The notes under the pieces: generated by a model
Databases searched by the model: none
Seen by the model: only the letters and a program-made list of their open reading frames with translations
What the model was told of the DNA's origin: nothing
Position numbers and translations under genes: made by a program
Assembly (NCBI GenBank): GCA_964236955.1
Contig: CAXSGP010000052.1
Location: 1-32,005, forward strand
Direction of reading: 5' to 3'
Origin: an uncultured Oligoflexus sp.
GTDB lineage: Bacteria; Bdellovibrionota_B; Oligoflexia; Oligoflexales; Oligoflexaceae
DNA length: 32,005 nucleotides
In this document: positions 1-7,635 of the stretch, in pieces
Layout of the letters: each line of letters opens with the position of its first letter
Position numbering within the stretch: the stretch's first letter is position 1

Positions 1-57
1 TGCGTTACTGGGGATGTTCGACGTTGGCGTAGCCAAACGTCAACAGCCCCTAGAAAA

Positions 58-690
58 ATGTCAAAGGTCAACGTAATCCAACACCCTCTCGTCCAGGACC
101 GCCTGACCCAAGTCCGCGATCAGTCTACCGATATCGGCACCTTTCGCATGGCCATGGCTGAACTCGGCTACCTCCTTTTTTATGAGGCATCCCGTTGGCT
201 TCCGGTCGAGACCCACGCCATTAGCACTCCCATGACCACCATGGAAGCGCCCCGGCTTCGCGCGCAGATCGTGATCGTCGCTGTTCTCAGAGCTGGCCTG
301 GGCTTCCTCGATGGAGTATTGGCCCATGTTCCGGTCGCACGCGTGGGGTATCTGGGTCTCAAACGCGATCCGGACACGCTTAAGGCCCTTTCCTACTATA
401 AAAATCTTCCCGTCATCACCGATGCCGACACGGTCTTCGTCCTTGATCCCATGCTTGCAACCGGTCATACAGCGATTGCGGCTTTAAAGGAGCTTGAGTC
501 GGCTGGGGCAAAGTCACTGCATTTGATCAGCCTTCTCGCAAGTCCAGATGGAATGGCAGCAGTTCAGGAAGCCTTTCCAAAACTGCAGATAACGACGGCA
601 GCAATCGATGAGGGGCTCAATGGCAAGGGTTATATCATTCCTGGTCTTGGCGATGCAGGCGACAGGCTTTACGGCACCTTGGACCATTAA
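58..690 (+). CDS. upp: uracil phosphoribosyltransferase
   Basis: 210 aa with HPLVQ N-terminus, VLRAGLG, PRPP-binding LDPMLATG and C-terminal GYIIPGLGDAGDRLYGT, all diagnostic of UPRTase. Confidence 0.97.
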   Translation: MSKVNVIQHPLVQDRLTQVRDQSTDIGTFRMAMAELGYLLFYEASRWLPVETHAISTPMTTMEAPRLRAQIVIVAVLRAGLGFLDGVLAHVPVARVGYLGLKRDPDTLKALSYYKNLPVITDADTVFVLDPMLATGHTAIAALKELESAGAKSLHLISLLASPDGMAAVQEAFPKLQITTAAIDEGLNGKGYIIPGLGDAGDRLYGTLDH

Positions 691-704
691 ATAATTAAAC
701 TCTG

Positions 705-747
705 AAAATCCCGTCCTTTCGCGCGTCGTGATCAGCGCCAGGACGGG
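705..747 (-). terminator. probable intrinsic terminator between convergent upp and the small ORF
   Basis: CCCGTCCT (710-717) pairs with AGGACGGG (740-747), inner GCGC pairing; followed by ATTTT on the minus strand, 14 nt past the small ORF stop. Confidence 0.55.
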
Positions 748-761
748 CCCGGCAAGTGCTG

Positions 762-929
762 TCATGGCTTTGGTTTTGACTTGTTGTGATTCGCACGATC
801 TGCATTCACCTTTTTGAAAGATTCTTCGGTTTCGCGTCGATGGCGTTCGAATTCGGCCTCATCAGGATGAAGAGTGGAAACTTTTCTACCCCGTGAAGCC
901 TCTTCAATCTCTTCTTCTAATTGTCCCAT
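762..929 (-). CDS. small charged hypothetical protein, 55 aa (not in ORF track)
   Basis: Hand translation MGQLEEEIEEASRGRKVSTLHPDEAEFERHRRETEESFKKVNADRANHNKSKPKP*; AAGGAG SD 7 nt upstream of ATG; hairpin downstream. Confidence 0.7.
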   Translation of the reverse strand: MGQLEEEIEEASRGRKVSTLHPDEAEFERHRRETEESFKKVNADRANHNKSKPKP

Positions 930-1129
930 TAAGGTTCTCCTTATAATTTACCGTCCACCAAGTCACCCTACAACGATTTAGCGAACATAATTCATCAGAT
1001 TGCGACTATTGCTCGAATATTATTTCCATATCAATACCTTGGCAATCTTCATCTAAAATATTTCCAGATTAAAAATCGTGTTTTGATCTTCGCAACAAGT
1101 TCTGTTGCCAAAAATCAGAGTGAGCCTAA

Positions 1130-1651
1130 TCACGCTCTCCCAGAGATCATGCGAGCCAGGAGAAATCCTGCACCTGCTGCTCCCAATGCAACGGCATAGG
1201 GTCGACCTATGAATTCCTTTTCGAACTTGGCCAACAGTTGCACGGCATCGCTGCGAGAGCGTAAGGGAAGACTTTTGGGGCTATCCTCGTCTATAAAATC
1301 GTCTAGACTTTCCTTAAAGGCATTCCGTTTTGGTCCCAGGTAAGACGATGTTTGCCAGGTTCCTCCGCTTACGACGTCATCGATCGCACTGCCAAAGCCT
1401 TTTTCCCTGACATCGTCATCGAGCCAATGACTTCCGCTCCTTTCGTAACGATCAGGCGTCAGCATGCGGCTGCGCGGGGAAGCACTTAAAGGATTGAGCG
1501 TCAGATCATCATTGGCGGCATTCGCCGAGGTTTTGCCGTGTATTTCGAGACTGCTGCGCAGAGCCAGCTCTGCCTCGGCGTGGACTTTACGATTTATATT
1601 TCGCTCGATTTTTTTATTGGGATTGTCCTTCCCAGGAAGATATTCATTCAT
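1130..1651 (-). CDS. hypothetical protein with ElaB/YqjD (DUF883)-like C-terminal membrane anchor
   Basis: Start moved to MNEYLPG (AAGGA SD upstream); hydrophilic body and C-terminal RPYAVALGAAGAGFLLARM resembling the P..ALG.AAG.GFLL tail anchor. Confidence 0.65.
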   Translation of the reverse strand: MNEYLPGKDNPNKKIERNINRKVHAEAELALRSSLEIHGKTSANAANDDLTLNPLSASPRSRMLTPDRYERSGSHWLDDDVREKGFGSAIDDVVSGGTWQTSSYLGPKRNAFKESLDDFIDEDSPKSLPLRSRSDAVQLLAKFEKEFIGRPYAVALGAAGAGFLLARMISGRA

Positions 1652-1850
1652 ACTGAATTCCTTAGAATCATAAAGGAAGCACCGGACTCGACATCGAGTC
1701 TGCAACAATCATCTGCATTTTTATAGCTGAAGCCAATGGCCCGCTATTCGCCTCGCGGGCTAAACGGACTCGTGGACAATGCCTGCAGAGATTTCTTTGG
1801 ATGTGCGTAAGGATATCAAAATGAGTTTTTAGTAAGCCCCTGGAGATCGG

Positions 1851-1859
1851 ATTATACCA
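1851..1859 (-). promoter_or_regulatory. possible extended -10 promoter (TGnTATAAT) upstream of the ElaB-like gene
   Basis: Minus strand reads TGGTATAAT about 200 nt upstream of the ATG at 1651; no good -35. Confidence 0.3.
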
Positions 1860-2010
1860 ACAATAAGGCACCCCCGCCTACTCCTGCCGCTTGTCCTAAA
1901 CCGCCTTTCGATTGCCCTCGCAGAACTCAAGACTGATCTTCCTGGCAGGTAGAGAGGGGTGGGAACAACCATCTTGAAGCCATGCCGCCTCCCTTATGGA
2001 AGGGTATGCG

Positions 2011-2043
2011 AAAAGCCCTCAAAAGATAGACTTTCGAGGGCTT
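2011..2043 (-). terminator. intrinsic terminator of BON gene
   Basis: Minus strand AAGCCCTCGAAAG-TCTAT-CTTTTGAGGGCTTTT hairpin with T tail. Confidence 0.65.
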
Positions 2044-2126
2044 GCTTCAAAGCAAATTATGCGCTATTTACTTCAGACCCGAGGCGCTTTGCATGAAGAA
2101 TTTCAGAAAGTATAAGGTCGAAGCCA

Positions 2127-2582
2127 TTACTTCACTTCGATTTCACTCACCACTCTATCTTTGCCCGCCACGGTCGCGGCAGCTTCTTCAATCTTCAGCT
2201 TTTCGCCATTGGAATGAACGGGACCCTTCAGGACAACGCTGCCCTTAACCGTGATAATCTTCACGTTTTTAGCATAGGTCGACATCGATTCATCCTTGAC
2301 GATGGACTGACGAATCTTGCGAGTGATTTCGACATCACTTTTGTCGTTGCTTTGCTCATCGGCAGAAACGGCATTTTTACCATTATGCACCTTGTTGCGC
2401 TCAGTATTGTCTGAATCAGCATTATTACCCACAGCCTGGTCAGTGGTAGCTGCAGGCGTAGTATTTGAGTTAACCGGAACCTTCATGGCCGCAGGCACTT
2501 TGTCACCGGCAAATGCACTAAATGGCAAAAGCGCAAGGCACAATAGACCTGTTTTGATCGAGTATGGCATTTTAGTAGACAT
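2127..2582 (-). CDS. secreted BON-domain protein (OsmY-like)
   Basis: Signal peptide ending AFA; C-terminal D.EITRKIRQSI...NVKIITVKGSVVLKGPV...V.SEIEV BON pattern; AGGAG SD. Confidence 0.9.
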   Translation of the reverse strand: MSTKMPYSIKTGLLCLALLPFSAFAGDKVPAAMKVPVNSNTTPAATTDQAVGNNADSDNTERNKVHNGKNAVSADEQSNDKSDVEITRKIRQSIVKDESMSTYAKNVKIITVKGSVVLKGPVHSNGEKLKIEEAAATVAGKDRVVSEIEVK

Positions 2583-2632
2583 GATGACTCCTGTGCAGGT
2601 TGATTCCCAACTTAATGAGACAAACGTATTTA

Positions 2633-2648
2633 TGCAGGACTTATGCCT
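2633..2648 (-). promoter_or_regulatory. possible sigma-54 (-24/-12) promoter of BON gene
   Basis: Minus strand AGGCATAAGTCCTGCA has exact GG-N10-GC spacing about 50 nt upstream of ATG. Confidence 0.4.
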
Positions 2649-2783
2649 AAATCGCGAAAATTAGATGCACATCAATGCTTTCAAGACTTTCCCAGGTGCC
2701 CATTGAAATGACAGTAGGAAAAATGATGCAGTCTTGCATGAAAATAGAGTTAGTCCTATATGACCGGCAGGAATAAATCGGCA

Positions 2784-3914
2784 TTAGACCTGGAGATGCC
2801 ACTGCACTCGTTTCATCATACTGCCGTTCACTTGAATCTCAAGCCAGTGAACACCTGAGTAATGGACGCGTGTCGTGACAGCTTTTAAATGATGCGATTT
2901 GGATATCCTGAGGCTTTGGCCGCCAGGGAGCATGACAGTTTTAAGTTTAAACACCCTGGGAGACCGCCTTTGATTTGATTTCATATAGTGAACGACATAA
3001 TCAATGACCAGCTTTTGGGTTTTATCCGATAAGGACTGCACGGTAAAATCAAACTCCAGCCGATCCCCCATTTGAAAGGCTTTCTGATTGATCTTGAGCC
3101 CAACGACTTTAATTTCAGCCTCATGATCAACATCGATCAGCTTCAGGGCCTCCGGGTGACCAGCTTTGATAAGCGAGCGCAACGCACGATGAATGATCCA
3201 TTCGATCTTCTGCCCGTTGCCCTTAGCGGCTTCCTTTCGCCAATTGCCAAGCACTTTCAACACAAAGTCCGGATGATCTTTGGCGATATCATTCAAATGA
3301 TTGGCGACGCTTTTTCTCACATAGAGTTCATCGTCGAATTTTAAAAGCTCAAGTATCGGCAGCGTCGGACTCGGATCTTTGACAAAAGCCTGGAGTCGTT
3401 CGCCCCAGGGCAGCCGAGGCCGCGATCCTTCGGAAGCCCAGCGCCGGAGGTGAACGTCTTTGGCAGTCGCACAGAGGCCGAGAAATTTAAGAGTTTCTGC
3501 CGGATAAAGCCGGAGAAAAGGCCTTACGGCAAATTCCGCTGTAAACAATGGCGTCAGTTCTTTGAGGACATTAAGGGACAAAGGCCTATGATCCAGCCCA
3601 TAGGTTTGAACATATTCGGTAAAGGGCCATAGAGCAAAGCCCGATATTTTATTGCCGGCGGCGGCAGCCAGTAGTATTTTGACCGCCTCTGCATACTCTT
3701 CGGGCAACTGCCGCTTGAGTTCATCACGAATCGTGAGAACGCGCGCTTTCATCTCAAGCCCTTCCAATAAAGGCATCAGGGCCAAAAACTGCTGGGAATC
3801 AAATTTAGGGTAAACGGCAGCAATTTCCTTAGCAACGCGAGAGAGCATGGCTTTACCAAATTGGTGCTTAAATAAAGTGGATTCGACCGTGCTGGGCGCT
3901 TGTTTCTTTGGCAT
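2784..3914 (-). CDS. alkC: HEAT-like repeat DNA alkylation repair glycosylase, AlkC-type with C-terminal Ig-like domain
   Basis: FTAEFAVRPF, RRWASEGSRPRLPW, YVRKSVANHLNDIAKDHP motifs; beta-rich C-terminal ~110 aa; start MPKKQ with GAGGGAG SD. Confidence 0.82.
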   Translation of the reverse strand: MPKKQAPSTVESTLFKHQFGKAMLSRVAKEIAAVYPKFDSQQFLALMPLLEGLEMKARVLTIRDELKRQLPEEYAEAVKILLAAAAGNKISGFALWPFTEYVQTYGLDHRPLSLNVLKELTPLFTAEFAVRPFLRLYPAETLKFLGLCATAKDVHLRRWASEGSRPRLPWGERLQAFVKDPSPTLPILELLKFDDELYVRKSVANHLNDIAKDHPDFVLKVLGNWRKEAAKGNGQKIEWIIHRALRSLIKAGHPEALKLIDVDHEAEIKVVGLKINQKAFQMGDRLEFDFTVQSLSDKTQKLVIDYVVHYMKSNQRRSPRVFKLKTVMLPGGQSLRISKSHHLKAVTTRVHYSGVHWLEIQVNGSMMKRVQWHLQV

Positions 3915-4001
3915 AATTTCTCCCTCGACAAGGACCTGCAAGCATCGTCAGGTATTGCGCCATCCTAGCTTTTTGCTTGGTAGGCAGCAAGATCACGCAA
4001 G

Positions 4002-4027
4002 AAAAAAGCCTCCCGCGAACGAGAGGC
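4002..4027 (-). terminator. intrinsic terminator of deiminase gene
   Basis: Minus strand GCCTCTCG-TTCG-CGGGAGGC-TTTTTT: 8 bp stem, UUCG loop, T6. Confidence 0.85.
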
Positions 4028-4049
4028 CCTGCCATCAAATGATTTATAC

Positions 4050-5267
4050 CTAGCGGGGGAGCTGCATTGTAGTACAGTGCACTGCTCCACCTGTATAGAT
4101 CAGATCATCGGAATCAACCCAAGCTAGCTCATAACCAAAACTTTCATAGACATCACGAACTTCGGCCTCGTATTTTTTGAGCAGGACCTGGTCAAAGTAA
4201 TGGCCCGTCTCGGTCGCGATTCGATCCGATGCAGGGGTCAGATAGCGGGGTACGATAACCTTACTGCTCAAAGTCAATGAATTGGTATAAGAACGGAAGG
4301 TATCGTCCAGGCGAAAGATCGGACCTGGGCTTGGAATACGTGTGACAGTAAAACCCATCGCCTTGATTTCCGCTGCCCGTGCATTAAAAAAGGCTTGTAT
4401 ATCAAGGGCTTTAGTACGGTCAGCACTATTGGTGTAGAGGTCGATCACTTCGTCACGAAGTTCGCTGACAATGACGTTATCGTCATTAAGGAACTTGGCC
4501 CACATATCGATGTGTCCTGTGCCTTCATAGGGCATTCTAGGAAAGATCTTGACTGTCTTACAGCCGGCAGCTGCTTTGTAGTATTGAGACACGCCCGCCG
4601 CATCGAGGACCATGTCGTCGCCACGTTCCGCGACAGCGTTGGCATCTGTCACGCGGGTAGTCATCAAACAAAATCCTTTGGAGTTGTCCATGAAGTTACC
4701 GCCTTCATTATAAACGGGAACACTGACGCGTTCGAAATCAAATAGGCGCTCCATGGACTGAGCCGTGAAGTCATCCGCCTGACGATTGGGATAGTAGTTC
4801 ATATCAAGGAGCCTAAGCGTGCCGTTTCGAGTCAAAGCCCCTTGGGGCGACCAGTCACGGGCCCAGACTGTAAGCTGTCCGGCTTGTTGCTGATGAACGA
4901 TCTCGACTTTACTGATGTTGTCACCAAGAGCGGCGCGAAGACCAGCAAAAACACCAGCTGTGTTTACCGAGCCAGTGAAAGTTTTAGGAACTACGATCCA
5001 AAGCTTGTCAATGTCGGCTGAAGCAATTTCAGCAGCCATTTGGTTCTTCCCAAAACTGCTGATTAAGGGCAGGGATATAATAACACCACGGCTCGGCTCG
5101 TATTCAGCAGTGGCTCGTTGCACTCCTGTGTCGGCGGAAAATTGCGCCGCGGAACTGCCTTCGTAGTGGCCATCAAGTTGACTCGCAGATTTTCCATTGT
5201 TCGGACTGCAGTTGGCGAGAAGGCTCAGGCTCATTGCAAAAATTGCTGTGTAAATCTTCAGTATCAT
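4050..5267 (-). CDS. agmatine deiminase / Porphyromonas-type peptidyl-arginine deiminase family protein, probable lipoprotein
   Basis: WARD, EGGN, GHIDM, SYTN and GGAVHCTTMQLP catalytic motifs; hydrophobic N-terminus ending LLANC. Confidence 0.88.
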   Translation of the reverse strand: MILKIYTAIFAMSLSLLANCSPNNGKSASQLDGHYEGSSAAQFSADTGVQRATAEYEPSRGVIISLPLISSFGKNQMAAEIASADIDKLWIVVPKTFTGSVNTAGVFAGLRAALGDNISKVEIVHQQQAGQLTVWARDWSPQGALTRNGTLRLLDMNYYPNRQADDFTAQSMERLFDFERVSVPVYNEGGNFMDNSKGFCLMTTRVTDANAVAERGDDMVLDAAGVSQYYKAAAGCKTVKIFPRMPYEGTGHIDMWAKFLNDDNVIVSELRDEVIDLYTNSADRTKALDIQAFFNARAAEIKAMGFTVTRIPSPGPIFRLDDTFRSYTNSLTLSSKVIVPRYLTPASDRIATETGHYFDQVLLKKYEAEVRDVYESFGYELAWVDSDDLIYTGGAVHCTTMQLPR

Positions 5268-5619
5268 CGATTAGACCTCGAAGTGATGGACGTATCCTGG
5301 ATGCAGCGCTTCTAACAAAGGCCTTTAGGATTCACAAGGGACTTGTTGGCTGGCTATCTCAATTTTTATAATAGTATTGAATTATTTTATACATTATCCC
5401 TAGTTACTTTTGGTAAAAACTTAACTTTCAGTTGAGGCAGGCTTCATTATTCATAAGCAATAATGCCAAATTTGCATATGCCAATTGCTCAGTAAGGGCC
5501 TATCCTGTTGTATTCCTCTCGTACTGTGAGACGCCTTGCTATATCAATCCAAAGGGCTCGCATTCCATCGGGCCCCATACCAAGCCAATGGAACCGTTGA
5601 GCAGAGGAGTAAAAAATTT

Positions 5620-6018
5620 ATGGCGTTAGTTGAAAAAAACAGTCATTCGCTCGTGATGGGATATGCGCTGTGGATATTTGGTTTCACAGGTGCTCACCGT
5701 TTCTATTATGGCCGGAAGGTAAGCGGAGCCATTTGGTTTTGCACATTTGGGCTTTTGGGGATCGGTTGGTTGATTGATGTCGTCTTAATTCCGGGCATGG
5801 ATAGCGACGCGGAAATCCGCTATCAGGATGGCCGCTACGATTACAACATTGCCTGGTTGCTCTTAACTTTTTTAGGTGTGTTTGGAATTCATCGTTTCTA
5901 TCTTGGCCGTTGGCCTTCGGGCTTGATTTATTTCTTTACCCTGGGTCTGTTTGGCATTGGCCTCCTATATGACCTGTTTTCTCTCAATGAAATAATCAGT
6001 GAGTGTAATCGGAGCTGA
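5620..6018 (+). CDS. membrane protein with two TM2 domains
   Basis: Two repeats GAHRFYYG...G.IWFCTFGLLGIG and GIHRFYLG...GLIYFFTLGLFGIG; start MALVEK after GAGGAG SD. Confidence 0.9.
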   Translation: MALVEKNSHSLVMGYALWIFGFTGAHRFYYGRKVSGAIWFCTFGLLGIGWLIDVVLIPGMDSDAEIRYQDGRYDYNIAWLLLTFLGVFGIHRFYLGRWPSGLIYFFTLGLFGIGLLYDLFSLNEIISECNRS

Positions 6019-6060
6019 GATCGCGATGTTTACAGGCTTTAATTTTATCTGGGTGGTTTT

Positions 6061-6534
6061 ATGAAATCCTGGTTTCTCAATCTTTTTCTGACTTTTTCGC
6101 TTGCAATTCCCTTGATGATTACCCCAGAGGCTCATGCCCAATCAATCAAAGTCCCTCCGCTCACATTTGTCCCTAATCTTAAGCAAATCTATAAAAGCGA
6201 TGGAAGTCCGCAGATACTGATGCTTATTCACTTTCCCAAGGGACCGGGAAATACTTTCATCGAACTCCATAACCTGACCAAAAGAAACTTAAGCATTTTC
6301 CAATTCAGCATTCATTCGGTCGGACAAAGCGGCGATCTGTCCTTTGAGGATCTACCTTCTGGTTGGTCGGGTGTGAAGGAAACGAATATGAGCAATATTC
6401 GTGAATTTACCATTATTCAGCCACGGGCAATTGATGATAAAGCCGTGGAATTTTATCCTCGCCTGGTTATTCATTATGAGATCGGTTTGCAGAAGCCGGT
6501 CGTCACCGGTGTTAACAGGAAGATTCGGAAGTAG
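6061..6534 (+). CDS. secreted hypothetical protein
   Basis: 157 aa, Sec-type signal peptide ending AHA; 42 nt after the TM2 gene on the same strand; no recognisable motif. Confidence 0.75.
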   Translation: MKSWFLNLFLTFSLAIPLMITPEAHAQSIKVPPLTFVPNLKQIYKSDGSPQILMLIHFPKGPGNTFIELHNLTKRNLSIFQFSIHSVGQSGDLSFEDLPSGWSGVKETNMSNIREFTIIQPRAIDDKAVEFYPRLVIHYEIGLQKPVVTGVNRKIRK

Positions 6535-6831
6535 GGAAAAGCGAAAGGATATAGTGTAAGGCTTTCTCCTGACCTTTAGCCTGAAGGTCACATGATCCGT
6601 AGCTCTAGCTATAGGGTCGTCGGCTCATCGGTTGCCGGCACCCATCTCACTTGACCTACCGCATAGAGATGCCGAAAGCTATGGGACTGAGGAAGTGAAT
6701 AAAGTTTCATGACAAAACAATTATGATCACAGCTACGGCAAGGGATAGGCCCAAGCCAAAGCTTAGACCCGCCCTGCCCAATCGGAAAATTCTAGGCTTA
6801 ATCCTTGAGCAGTCTCCCGCATTCCAATTGC

Positions 6832-7500
6832 TTAGGCCTTTAAAACCCGAGTCTTCAAAAAATATCCCACATCAAATTCCGCCAAAGATGAAATCTTTTG
6901 ATCACAAAAATCAAATCTCGAACTTTGCAATGCATAGGCCTCAGGGACTGCAACGACCTTCATGCGAGCCGCTTTAGCGGCTATAGCACCCCAGAACGAG
7001 TCTTCAAAGACGAGGATCTTTTGCGGAGCGATCTTGAGCCTTTCAGCTGTCTTCAAATAGGCGGCAGGATGAGGTTTGCCATGAGCCTCACTCTCAGCCG
7101 AATTCAAAATCGGAAAATAATCGATGACCGCAATCTGCTTCAATGCCACTTTAATAAGGTGCAAAGGCGACGAGCTGCACACGGCAAGCGGAACCTTCGC
7201 ATCGGCTAAAGCCCTGACCAGATCCAAGGCACCCGGTTTAGGCTTTCCCTCAAGGCAAACCAATTCTTCAACTCGCTGAAGGATTTCATTTTGGACCTCG
7301 AGGAGACTCTTTCCAACCCAGGGAAACCGATCGTACCAATAGAGTACCGAAGCATCGATTCTAAGTCCCGAGGTTTCATGATTCATATGCTGCCTGAGAT
7401 CAAGACCTAGCCTCTTATAGACCTCAAGCTCCGCTCTTAGCCAAAAAGGCTCTGAATCCACCAGCAAACCATCCATATCGAAAATCACTGCGGCTATCAT
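6832..7500 (-). CDS. HAD-family sugar/hexitol phosphatase (HxpB/YniC-like)
   Basis: IFDMDGLLVDSEP.W motif I, SSSP motif II, GKPHPAAYL, FEDS motif IV; start moved to MIAAV. Confidence 0.9.
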   Translation of the reverse strand: MIAAVIFDMDGLLVDSEPFWLRAELEVYKRLGLDLRQHMNHETSGLRIDASVLYWYDRFPWVGKSLLEVQNEILQRVEELVCLEGKPKPGALDLVRALADAKVPLAVCSSSPLHLIKVALKQIAVIDYFPILNSAESEAHGKPHPAAYLKTAERLKIAPQKILVFEDSFWGAIAAKAARMKVVAVPEAYALQSSRFDFCDQKISSLAEFDVGYFLKTRVLKA

Positions 7501-7546
7501 AGTCCAACCATCCTGATAAAAACGGGAAAACGCCGACCCAAAGCAC

Positions 7547-7576
7547 AAAACCCATCGCCCGAAAAAGGCATGGGTT
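7547..7576 (-). terminator. possible terminator at the end of the PKS cluster
   Basis: Minus strand AACCCATGCC...GGCGATGGGTTTT hairpin about 60 nt after the methyltransferase stop. Confidence 0.5.
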
Positions 7577-7635
7577 GCGATAGGAATTTCCTCTCTAGAT
7601 TAACACGGATCGACGATCGTCACCACGCATAAGCT

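Noticed and set aside
514..765. 83-aa ORF with ATGA overlap to the 55-aa ORF
   Set aside because: Runs through a terminator-like hairpin and 177 nt antisense into upp
1668..1983. Short minus-strand ORFs 1668..1871 (67 aa) and 1927..1983 (18 aa) with SD-like motifs
   Set aside because: No protein-like features; the region looks more like the promoter/leader of the ElaB-like gene
2784..3914. AlkC as a self-resistance gene for the PKS product
   Set aside because: 3.7 kb away with unrelated genes and terminators between; AlkC acts on small methyl adducts and nothing indicates a genotoxic product
6674..6715. CTGAGGA and GAAA resembling a hammerhead ribozyme core
   Set aside because: Order and spacing cannot form the three required stems
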